Shown here: in pieces, positions 45,254 through 53,357 of the stretch
Layout of the letters: each line of letters opens with the position of its first letter
Position numbering within the stretch: the stretch's first letter is position 1
Origin: a virus
Lineage: Duplodnaviria; Caudoviricetes
Length of the DNA stretch: 64,000 nt
Virus record (IMG/VR): IMGVR_UViG_3300027804_000001
Location: 192,001 to 256,000 of that record
Strand: one strand, 5' to 3'
Notes under the pieces: generated by a model
What the model was told of the DNA's origin: nothing
What the model saw: the letters and a program-made list of their open reading frames with translations, nothing else
The model's database searches: none
Made by a program: the position numbers and the translations under genes

Positions 45254-47482
45254 TTATAAAAATGTCGTCATTGACTTGAATGTCCAATTCGCACTTGCGT
45301 TTACTTTCAATTCAACATGACCTTCATTTGAAACCGTTACATCAAAAGATGCATCACTTGTATCTCCAATATCTGCCGTTGTTGTTTCATTAAAATTTAC
45401 ACTATTATTATTCCACACCGCAACAACTATACCCGCTCTCGCATTTGAATTATCATAAATTGTATAATTGTAAAACGCTGACGTGTATGAACCCGTTAAT
45501 GTTGACACTACAGTATTAGAACCTGGTGAAACATTTGACAATGAATTTTTTAGTTGTGCGTTGGTAACATCAATACTACCTGTAACAATTAATGATCCTG
45601 ATATGGTTGTATCATTACCTATTGTTACTATAGTTCCTGTATCAACAATAGATGAGTTTGTAACACCTGTTGCCGATTCAAATTTGACAACAGTATTTAC
45701 ATTACCATTAATTGAAACTGATGTTCCACTTGTTCCTGAAGTACCCCCACTTCCACTAGTTCCAGATGTTCCACTAGAACCTGATGTACCCGAAGTTCCA
45801 GATGATCCACTACTACCGCTAGTACCACTTGTGCCTGATGTTCCTGAAGTTCCTGCTGAACCTGAAGTACCACTACTACCACTTGTGCCCGATGTTCCTG
45901 AAGTACCGGCTGAACCCGATGTTCCACTACTACCGCTAGTACCCGAAGAACCAGAACTTCCACTTGTTCCCGAAGTACCAGAACTTCCACTTGTTCCCGA
46001 AGTACCGGCTGAACCTGATGTTCCACTACTACCAGATGAACCACTACTACCACTTGTACCAGCAGTGCCACTACTACCACTTGTACCGGCAGTACCACTA
46101 CTACCACTAGTACCTGATGAACCACCACCACCTTCACCGAGTGTTGCAACTACAATACCCGCAATTGGTTGTGAAAATGTAATTGTTGCATTGTATAAAT
46201 CAACCGCTAAAATCTCTTGAGGTATAACTTGGTAACCATATTCATCAAATACTTGAAATACGGGATATCTTGCACCTAAATCATGATTAAAATACCACAC
46301 GTCTGACGGTGTTGTAACCGTCATTGATTCATAAGCACCTACTGTTGTACTACCTGAAGAACCCGAACTACCTGATGTTCCACTAGTTCCTGAAGTACCA
46401 CTACTTCCTGAACTACCTGAAGTACCTGAGGTTCCACTAGTTCCCGATGTACCACTAGTACCGGCAGTACCACTACTACCACTTGTACCCGAAGTACCGG
46501 ATGAACCATTACCACCAATCGTTGCAATTACTGTACCTGCTGTTGGTAATGCAAAATAAACATCTAAATTATTTGCATCTAATACTTTAATTTCAGTTGG
46601 GATGATGACCCTATCACTGTTATCAAAAACATTAATTGCTGGATATTTGTAATCTAAATTGTGATTAAAAGACCATGTTGTTTGTTGTGAACTCACAACA
46701 AGTGTTCTTGTCATACCCGAAACAGGGTATGCAGAATCAACATAATTTACTAAAGAGGCCGATAATGCCGATACATTGAATGTTACTTCTTTAATGTAAC
46801 CGTTATCATTTGTATCAACCATTGATGTGGTGATTTCTAAACCACCTTCACCGATAAATTCAACAACATCTGAACCTGTTGCTCTAACTAAATCCTGACC
46901 TTCAACAAATATATCTCTAAAGTGTGAACCAATAGAAACAAATGCGGTACCATCAAAAGATTCACTAACATTTAATCCCGTACTATCGTCAAATTGTAAT
47001 TTGGTAAATTGTTTATCATATGTATTACCATCAACATCAGAACCTGAAATATGAAATGGTACATTTGTTAAACCTAAACCACTACCTGTAAATTCTGTTG
47101 CAGTAATTGAACCTGTTACAGATAAATTTACATTAACTTGTAAACCATCTTCATCAATAGATGCGGTCGCATTACCACTTGCAATTTGAGATAAGTTTAA
47201 TCCTGTGATACCACTTGCCGGAATATTATAAAGACCTTGTCCATCACCTATGAATGAACCCGTAAAAAATGATGCTGTTACATTATCTGTTAGATAAATT
47301 GAACCTGTATTAACCGTGTTTGTTGCAACTAATTCTTGTATTGAAGGACCTAACGCACCTGAAACCGCAAAAAATACTTTACCGTCAGTAGTATTAATTG
47401 ATAATTCCCCTAGTTGTAGATTAGCGTTGGTCGGTTTCCTACCCGATACAGCGCTCCTACGTAGCTTTACTATTTGTGCCAT
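45254..47482 (-). CDS. Tail-fibre-like protein with an Mtd_N-like N-terminus and Gly-(S/T)-S repeats
   Basis: MAQIVKLRRS..PT...LQLGELSINT.DGK.F, two HNL/HDL..YP modules and G-X-S repeats. Confidence 0.82.
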   Translation of the reverse strand: MAQIVKLRRSAVSGRKPTNANLQLGELSINTTDGKVFFAVSGALGPSIQELVATNTVNTGSIYLTDNVTASFFTGSFIGDGQGLYNIPASGITGLNLSQIASGNATASIDEDGLQVNVNLSVTGSITATEFTGSGLGLTNVPFHISGSDVDGNTYDKQFTKLQFDDSTGLNVSESFDGTAFVSIGSHFRDIFVEGQDLVRATGSDVVEFIGEGGLEITTSMVDTNDNGYIKEVTFNVSALSASLVNYVDSAYPVSGMTRTLVVSSQQTTWSFNHNLDYKYPAINVFDNSDRVIIPTEIKVLDANNLDVYFALPTAGTVIATIGGNGSSGTSGTSGSSGTAGTSGTSGTSGTSGTSGSSGSSGTSGTSGTSGSSGSSGSTTVGAYESMTVTTPSDVWYFNHDLGARYPVFQVFDEYGYQVIPQEILAVDLYNATITFSQPIAGIVVATLGEGGGGSSGTSGSSGTAGTSGSSGTAGTSGSSGSSGSSGTSGSAGTSGTSGSSGTSGTSGSSGSSGTSGSSGTSGSAGTSGTSGTSGSSGTSGSAGTSGTSGTSGTSGSSGSSGTSGTSGSSGTSGTSGSGGTSGTSGTSVSINGNVNTVVKFESATGVTNSSIVDTGTIVTIGNDTTISGSLIVTGSIDVTNAQLKNSLSNVSPGSNTVVSTLTGSYTSAFYNYTIYDNSNARAGIVVAVWNNNSVNFNETTTADIGDTSDASFDVTVSNEGHVELKVNASANWTFKSMTTFL

Positions 47483-47527
47483 ATATATGGTTCCCTCAAT
47501 CGAATGTGGTATGTACCACGGTTAATT

Positions 47528-47554
47528 AGACTTATATAAGTCTTTCTATAAATA
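47528..47554 (-). promoter_or_regulatory. TATTTATA motif followed by the perfect 16-bp palindrome AGACTTATATAAGTCT
   Basis: Palindrome at 47528-47543 and motif at 47547-47554. A further hairpin GTGGT-N4-ACCAC lies at 47506-47519. Confidence 0.55.
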
Positions 47555-47578
47555 CATAAAAATTTCGTTTGTGTAAAT

Positions 47579-47605
47579 AAAAAAAGGGAGAGTTTTTACT
47601 CTCCC
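47579..47605 (-). terminator. Intrinsic terminator
   Basis: Minus strand GGGAGAGT-AAAA-ACTCTCCC followed by T7, downstream of the 47634 stop. Confidence 0.88.
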
Positions 47606-47633
47606 CCTTATTTAATTTATAAATGTTATAATT

Positions 47634-49961
47634 TTAGTAAGATCCACCATCGATGACTGTTGAGAACTTCAATGAACCATCAGAATTTTTGTATCCTAAA
47701 ATACCATCAAGAACATCAGTTGTTTCGGTAGTCGAAACAAAACCAACAACGTTTGAAGAATTTCTGAACATGATTGTAGATGTTTTATTTCCGTTGTCAG
47801 TTCCTCCTGAATATGATAATGTGAAGTTACCACTTATTGATGTATCACCCGTTCCTGAATCAACTGTGAATTTATTTGTATTAAATGCTAAAGTTGTTCC
47901 AAGATAAGTCAATAAACTATCTGCTATGTGGTCATCATCAACCGCAATTGGGAAGTGACCAACTGTTAAACCTGTTTCTTCACCTAATGAACCTGTATTT
48001 TTTGGTCCCGCAATAAAACGAGCTGAAGCGTATGAGGATCCCGAAGGATTTGCATAAATCCAAACATTATTTTGTGAATCCCAAAGTAATGACCCTGTTA
48101 CACCAACATTTGATCCTGAATCATAAACATCAATTCCTGCAAATCTTTCAAATGGTGAATAGGTATTGAGTAATATTTTATTTGTTCCAATATCAACTTG
48201 AGATCCTGATAATGTAATAATTGAACCTGTACCTAAAACTTGGAAGTTTCCTGATACATACATGTTACCATGTACAGTTAAATCATTATCGAAAGCCGAA
48301 TTACCATTTACATTTAGACTACCACTTAATCTAAAATTAACATTATCTAAAGTTAAACTACCTGTATTATCTAAGAATACACTATGTGTAACATTAGATG
48401 TCACATCCCAAGTATTTAATTCAATACCTCTTTGTTCAACCAATAAATTATTGATTCCCATTTCATCATTTGCTACCGATATTGTTGTTGTACCATTAAT
48501 ATCAGCATAACTACCAGTAAATCCACCAGGTATTGTTAAATTACCATTAACATCAAAATTTAATGTTTTTGATACTCCATTATAATTTGTTATTAATGTA
48601 ATAGACTCTTCGTCACTATAGTTTCTTAATGAGAATGTATCGTTAGAGTATAATCTAAGGTCATCACCGGCAGTTATAGTTACATCGGTGTCCGCTTCAA
48701 AAGTTAAATCACTACTTGAACTAACAAATAAATCGTTACCATCCTCGGTTTTTATATTTAACGAGCCGGAGGTGATAATATCAACACCACCAACAGATTC
48801 AATACTAATTTTTGATAAACTATCATCAATTTTTAAAAAATTGGTGTCATCACCAAAGAAATTATAAGTAGCATTACCTTTAAAATGAATGTCCGAAGGC
48901 GCTGTATTATAAATTTGAAATAATCTTGAGTCGTTTTTGTCTGGTTTCAAATATAATGAACCCGTACCTTGGATATCAGTTACTTCAAGTGCTCCCGATA
49001 AGTTTAAATTACCGTTATCAAATGTTAAACCACTATAATCTGTAAGTATACCATCAGTACCAACAACAACTAATCTTTTCTCTGTTAAATCATCTAAGTA
49101 AACTGAACCAGATAATATTGTTGTTCCTGTAACTGTTAAGTCACCTGGTAATTCTAAATTTGTTGTTGAAACTTGACCGATATTAATATTTTCAATAAAC
49201 GCAGTTCCACTAACATATAAATCTTTCCATGCATTTGTTGGTGAACCTAAATCAAATAGATTTGAACCTGATGGAACAAGGGATGAACTAATTTCAGCGT
49301 TTAAGTCAATAACATCACCACCTTGATTATCACCGATGGTAATGTTACCTTTCATAGTGATTGAACCTGAGGTTCTAATATTACCTGTGTTGTTGTCAAC
49401 TTCAAATTGACCTTGACCTATATTAAATGTTGAACCATCAAATGTTAAATTTGGACTATCTTCAAGTATCCCACCTGTACCAACAAGAACTAATCTATTG
49501 TCAGTTAATCCTGTAATTGTAACATCACCATTAAAAGTTGTATCACCTGTTACATTCAAAGCGGATGCACTAACAAATGTGTCAAAAACACCTGTATTAC
49601 CTGTTAAGTTATTAATAGTAACACCACTTATAACATTACCTTCAATATTACCTGTTAAATCCATAGTAATATTTCCTACGTTACTTAAAAGATATAATGT
49701 TTGGTCAGTAGAACTATAAAAAGGTGTACCATTTAATGTTGATCCGTAACTACCTCCCGTTAAATCGGGTGCAACTGAACCTTGATATATTTTAGATAGT
49801 GTTCTAAAGGCTCCAGCTGAACCCTCGGTTTCACCAACAAAAATCCAAGGACCGTTCATGTTACCAACCGAACCGGTTGCCATTACTAATTCGCCCTTTT
49901 TAGCTGTTGCAGAAACTAAGGAGTCAATCGAACCCCTTCTGTGTTTAATTATTTGTGCCAT
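47634..49961 (-). CDS. Putative tail-fibre/structural protein (775 aa)
   Basis: MAQIIKHRRGS N-terminus resembles its neighbour. Gly/Ser/Thr/Asn-rich beta-like repeats. The GSLLWDS segment is shared with 50007..50765. Confidence 0.7.
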   Translation of the reverse strand: MAQIIKHRRGSIDSLVSATAKKGELVMATGSVGNMNGPWIFVGETEGSAGAFRTLSKIYQGSVAPDLTGGSYGSTLNGTPFYSSTDQTLYLLSNVGNITMDLTGNIEGNVISGVTINNLTGNTGVFDTFVSASALNVTGDTTFNGDVTITGLTDNRLVLVGTGGILEDSPNLTFDGSTFNIGQGQFEVDNNTGNIRTSGSITMKGNITIGDNQGGDVIDLNAEISSSLVPSGSNLFDLGSPTNAWKDLYVSGTAFIENINIGQVSTTNLELPGDLTVTGTTILSGSVYLDDLTEKRLVVVGTDGILTDYSGLTFDNGNLNLSGALEVTDIQGTGSLYLKPDKNDSRLFQIYNTAPSDIHFKGNATYNFFGDDTNFLKIDDSLSKISIESVGGVDIITSGSLNIKTEDGNDLFVSSSSDLTFEADTDVTITAGDDLRLYSNDTFSLRNYSDEESITLITNYNGVSKTLNFDVNGNLTIPGGFTGSYADINGTTTISVANDEMGINNLLVEQRGIELNTWDVTSNVTHSVFLDNTGSLTLDNVNFRLSGSLNVNGNSAFDNDLTVHGNMYVSGNFQVLGTGSIITLSGSQVDIGTNKILLNTYSPFERFAGIDVYDSGSNVGVTGSLLWDSQNNVWIYANPSGSSYASARFIAGPKNTGSLGEETGLTVGHFPIAVDDDHIADSLLTYLGTTLAFNTNKFTVDSGTGDTSISGNFTLSYSGGTDNGNKTSTIMFRNSSNVVGFVSTTETTDVLDGILGYKNSDGSLKFSTVIDGGSY

Positions 49962-49980
49962 TTTATATTATTGTTCTTTT

Positions 49981-49994
49981 TATTTATATAAATA
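49981..49994 (-). promoter_or_regulatory. TATTTATA motif inside the 14-bp palindrome TATTTATATAAATA
   Basis: 20-33 nt upstream of the 49961 start. Confidence 0.5.
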
Positions 49995-50006
49995 CTTTAT
50001 TTTAAA

Positions 50007-50765
50007 TTAAAAAAATCCATCTCCACAGTCTATTTCCTGTAGTAAAGACCTATCTGCCAACGTCCCTAAATTTTGTATTTTCAAAGAAGCTGAAACAATT
50101 TGTGGTGTTAATTCATTTCTAACAATACTCATTGCACCTGAAACCACCAATGATTCTAAATTCTCATCAAGTGTCTGTACTAAGGTTGTCATACCCTCAA
50201 CTCTCAAATCACCTTTAATGACCATTGACCCCGTTACTTGTAAGTCATTCGTTGTTGCAAAAAATGAACCCGTTTCTCTCCAAACACCAGCATCTAAATC
50301 GGTACTTAAAATTACCTTTTGTTCACTACCACTTGGTCCCGCAATCCAATAATCATTTACAGAATCCCAAAGTAATGAACCAGATATTTTATTTGGATTT
50401 GTTGGGTCGTTAACTAACAGACCACCAAAACCTTCTTCGGTACCATTAAGTGAAATAATATTATCACCTAAGTCAATAATATTAGAATCTATTATTGTTG
50501 TTGTTCCTTTAACAGTAAGATTACCTTTGACTGTAAGATTTGAACCGGTTAATTCTATTGCTTGATTAAGTGAAGCGGTATATGCATTTAACGCATTCAC
50601 ACCACCTACTTCACCAACATAATCACTAAACTCTAAACCCGATATATAAAGATTTTCAAAATAACCAGCATGTAATGGACCCGTAAGTTTTCCAATATCT
50701 ATAATAGAACCAGAAGGTACATTTGTTGTGTCAATTTGTGTCCAGTTAATCTGTTGTAATGCCAT
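50007..50765 (-). CDS. Putative virion structural protein (252 aa)
   Basis: Shares the VKGTT..D..I.LN...G....GSLLWDS..W segment with 47634..49961. Confidence 0.65.
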   Translation of the reverse strand: MALQQINWTQIDTTNVPSGSIIDIGKLTGPLHAGYFENLYISGLEFSDYVGEVGGVNALNAYTASLNQAIELTGSNLTVKGNLTVKGTTTIIDSNIIDLGDNIISLNGTEEGFGGLLVNDPTNPNKISGSLLWDSVNDYWIAGPSGSEQKVILSTDLDAGVWRETGSFFATTNDLQVTGSMVIKGDLRVEGMTTLVQTLDENLESLVVSGAMSIVRNELTPQIVSASLKIQNLGTLADRSLLQEIDCGDGFF

Positions 50766-50775
50766 TTGGAAAGTA

Positions 50776-50793
50776 AAGTCTTTTACATAAATA
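50776..50793 (-). promoter_or_regulatory. TATTTAT motif followed by AAAGACTT
   Basis: Sense AGTATTTATGTAAAAGACTTT, 11-28 nt upstream of the 50765 start. Confidence 0.5.
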
Positions 50794-50815
50794 CTTTTAT
50801 AAAATTTATGTGCAT

Positions 50816-50846
50816 AAAAAAAGAGGGAAAAACCCTCTTTTTTTTT
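50816..50846. terminator. Bidirectional-type intrinsic terminator
   Basis: A7-GAGGG-AAAAA-CCCTC-T9, between the glutaredoxin stop and the structural block. Confidence 0.8.
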
Positions 50847-50851
50847 ATTTT

Positions 50852-51124
50852 TTATATATGCTTTTTAATTTTTGGTATTAATTCATCAGGACTTTTAAAA
50901 TCTCTACCCGGAACAAAAACGGGTCCCGTGTCCGAACCCTTATTTTTTATAAAAATTGTTGGCAAAACATTGTGTCCTGTTTGTTCAACAACTTTATCCC
51001 ATATTTTTTGATTTGAACTTATTTCAATTTCAGTAAATGGAATAGTTTCTTCGTTCAATTTAGATTTTAAGTTTGAACAATGTACACATCCATTTAAACT
51101 AAAAACTATCAACTCTGAATTCAT
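50852..51124 (-). CDS. Glutaredoxin/NrdH-like protein
   Basis: FSLNGCVHC (CxxC) and VLPTIFI (cis-Pro). 90 aa. Confidence 0.85.
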   Translation of the reverse strand: MNSELIVFSLNGCVHCSNLKSKLNEETIPFTEIEISSNQKIWDKVVEQTGHNVLPTIFIKNKGSDTGPVFVPGRDFKSPDELIPKIKKHI

Positions 51125-51441
51125 AGGGTATCTAAAATCTTTGTATATATAATATCTTGATTGGCACCCGTACTTCTATCTACTAATGTTTCTCCATTAA
51201 AAATCATAACAGTTGGTACCGTTCTTATGTTTAAATCTAATGCAAAATCAACATTTTCATCCACATTAATCTTTACAAATTTAACATTTGGGTATTTTGA
51301 TTCTAAAGATTCCAAACGAGGAATTAATTGTTTACATGGTCCACACCAAGGTGCCCAAAAATCTACGAGTATCTTTTTACCCTTATTTTGTAATTCTTCT
51401 AATTCTGTTCTATTTACGTTTTCCATATTAATATAATCCAA
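51121..51441 (-). CDS. trxA: Thioredoxin
   Basis: VDFWAPWCGPCK and IRTVPT motifs. The true start may be the Met at 51426. Confidence 0.92.
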   Translation of the reverse strand: MDYINMENVNRTELEELQNKGKKILVDFWAPWCGPCKQLIPRLESLESKYPNVKFVKINVDENVDFALDLNIRTVPTVMIFNGETLVDRSTGANQDIIYTKILDTL

Positions 51442-52495
51442 TTTTACTTTTTGTTTTTGACTTATAAACTTCTACGTCTATGTTATAAATATCCGCCAAT
51501 GACATTGGTTCACTAGATATAAAGTTTTTATTTAAATGTTTTAAAAGTTTATTTGTGTCGTCTATTGATAACAATTCAAACTTATGTTCCGCAATTAATC
51601 TACCCTTTCTTAACAATGCAGAGTCTATTTTTTCTCTTTTCATGTTAAAAGTAGCCACAATCTGTATATTCAAACAATCCCCTAAAATACCGTCCGTAAG
51701 ATTAAGAATATTAGATACTCCTGCAGGTGAACCATTACCTTCTCTATCTGCAATTACCCTTTCAGCGTCCTCAATAATTAAAATTGAGTTTCTATGGTCC
51801 ATTAAGAAGGGTATAATTGACGGTTCGGATAACATTTCAGCCATAGAAGGTGGAATGAATAAAACGTCTTTATCTTTAACCAAAGATGTTAAATATTTTA
51901 TATATGAAGTCTTTCCTGTTCCAGGATCTCCATGTAAAAGTATAATCCCTTTACCATTTTGTTTATTTAATGAATCCACAATGACTTTGTGGATGTTTGA
52001 AAATTCCGAACCATAGTTTAATTTAATATCCATTTTAGGAACAGACAAATCATAATCTTCTGTATCCAAATGACCCATATCAGATCTAATTAAACTAATA
52101 TTTGATTTTTGTTTTTTCTTTTCAAATGTTTCAATTTCTTTCAAATTAATTTGATTCTTTAATTCACCATTTTTTAAAGAATATAAAATTTTAACATTAA
52201 AAAGATTATTATCTTTTGATGTTGAATTTAATTCAATTGCAAGTTGTTTTTCTTGATTAGATAATAAAACATTATAAGATAATTCACCTCTTCTATTTGA
52301 AGTGTTTAGTGAAACAATTTTATCAAATCCATTAGAGATAAAATATTCTTCAATCTTTTTATCGAAAGTTAATGATGACAACTCATATTTCGATGGTAAA
52401 TAATTAAAAGAAATTAAAAAATATTGTTCTGCAGGTATCTCGGTTCCATATGATGTCTCATATAATGCATAACCATTAGGTAGAATTTTCTCCAT
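51428..52495 (-). CDS. AAA+ ATPase (BCS1-like C-terminal domain)
   Basis: GDPGTGKT (Walker A), LIIEDAE (Walker B), ILNLTDG and DSALLRKGR (SRH). Confidence 0.9.
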   Translation of the reverse strand: MEKILPNGYALYETSYGTEIPAEQYFLISFNYLPSKYELSSLTFDKKIEEYFISNGFDKIVSLNTSNRRGELSYNVLLSNQEKQLAIELNSTSKDNNLFNVKILYSLKNGELKNQINLKEIETFEKKKQKSNISLIRSDMGHLDTEDYDLSVPKMDIKLNYGSEFSNIHKVIVDSLNKQNGKGIILLHGDPGTGKTSYIKYLTSLVKDKDVLFIPPSMAEMLSEPSIIPFLMDHRNSILIIEDAERVIADREGNGSPAGVSNILNLTDGILGDCLNIQIVATFNMKREKIDSALLRKGRLIAEHKFELLSIDDTNKLLKHLNKNFISSEPMSLADIYNIDVEVYKSKTKSKIGLY

Positions 52496-52530
52496 AAAAA
52501 AATTATAGGAATTATTTTTAATAAAATAAA

Positions 52531-52803
52531 CTAATTAAGACAAATTTTGCCGAAATCTTTTAAATCAAAAAATATATTATCTTCTTTAGTTTTTGTTTTT
52601 TGTAAAGCTTCTTTTATTGATTCAAATTGATCTCTTGTTAACATCGGGTCACCTTTTTCTATAAAATTTTTTTCTGACTGTGATATTAATTCATTATAAA
52701 AATCGTTTGGATTTAGTCCATTTAAAAAATAATTATTTGCTTCTTTATTTGTTGAGAGGTAGTTTTTTATTTTTTGTAAATAAATTAAAACTTCAGATGA
52801 CAT
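52531..52803 (-). CDS. Hypothetical protein (90 aa)
   Basis: ORF tiles with its neighbours. Confidence 0.6.
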   Translation of the reverse strand: MSSEVLIYLQKIKNYLSTNKEANNYFLNGLNPNDFYNELISQSEKNFIEKGDPMLTRDQFESIKEALQKTKTKEDNIFFDLKDFGKICLN

Positions 52804-52806
52804 CTA

Positions 52807-53331
52807 TTATATTTTTTCTATTTGACGCAAAGTTAATTCAACCGGAGTTACTCTACCAAAAATTTTCACTTCTAATGAAACTTTTTCACCGTTTATACTT
52901 GAAATAATTCCTTCAAACGTAGTGAATGGACCATCATTGATTCTAATTGATTCACCAATTGTATATTGATACTTCATGGTTGTGTTATACTCATCTAAAA
53001 TTTCATCTTTTAGAATACGTTTTATATCTGTATCTTTTAACTTAATTGGTGTTCTATCTCCCATCATTCCCATCAAACCATTCATACCTGATACGAATTT
53101 TAAATCTTCTTTGGTCAATAATTTTTCCGATTCAAAATAAAGATATCCAGTATAAAGGACCTTTTCTCTTACGATTTTTTTATTCTTTACAATTTTTAAT
53201 TCCTTTTCGGTTGGACACAGGAACCTATTAATACCTTTTAACTTTCCTTGTGTTATTTGTTTGTTGTATTCTTCTTTTAATGTTCTTTCTTTACCGGGTA
53301 AAACTTTTACCACGTACCAATGTGATTCCAT
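52807..53331 (-). CDS. nusG: Transcription elongation/antitermination factor NusG
   Basis: NGN domain WYVVKV.PGKE...GYLY and KOW domain GE.IRI.DGPF..FEG...EVKIFGRVTPVEL. Confidence 0.92.
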   Translation of the reverse strand: MESHWYVVKVLPGKERTLKEEYNKQITQGKLKGINRFLCPTEKELKIVKNKKIVREKVLYTGYLYFESEKLLTKEDLKFVSGMNGLMGMMGDRTPIKLKDTDIKRILKDEILDEYNTTMKYQYTIGESIRINDGPFTTFEGIISSINGEKVSLEVKIFGRVTPVELTLRQIEKI

Positions 53332-53346
53332 AATCTTGATTTTTTA

Positions 53347-53353
53347 ATAAATA
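53347..53353 (-). promoter_or_regulatory. TATTTAT motif
   Basis: 16 nt upstream of the nusG start. Confidence 0.45.
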
Positions 53354-53357
53354 CGAA

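Noticed and set aside
38681-46512. Repetitive DNA as a CRISPR array or satellite
   Set aside because: There is no constant repeat with unique spacers. Variation is synonymous and in frame, so the repeat exists at protein level.
38659-46527. Many long alternative-frame and antisense ORFs (VPEVPLEP..., MVQVEHQVL..., MFLMFQNF...)
   Set aside because: These are shadows of the Gly-Ser/Thr codon repeat, which lacks stop codons in other frames. They have no independent start context or domain content.
38009-47482. Ice-nucleation protein
   Set aside because: It lacks the AGYGSTxTA 16-residue repeat. The 3-residue periodicity and the S74 and tail-fibre domains fit a phage fibre better, although ice binding by a polyglycine-II bundle cannot be excluded.
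39959-47633. tRNA or structured ncRNA in the larger intergenic gaps
   Set aside because: The gaps are 87-151 nt and are accounted for by terminators, promoter motifs and short hairpins. No cloverleaf or known riboswitch pattern is visible.
35851-50765. Diversity-generating retroelement acting on the lectin or fibre genes
   Set aside because: No reverse transcriptase and no TR/VR pair differing only at adenines is visible in the window.
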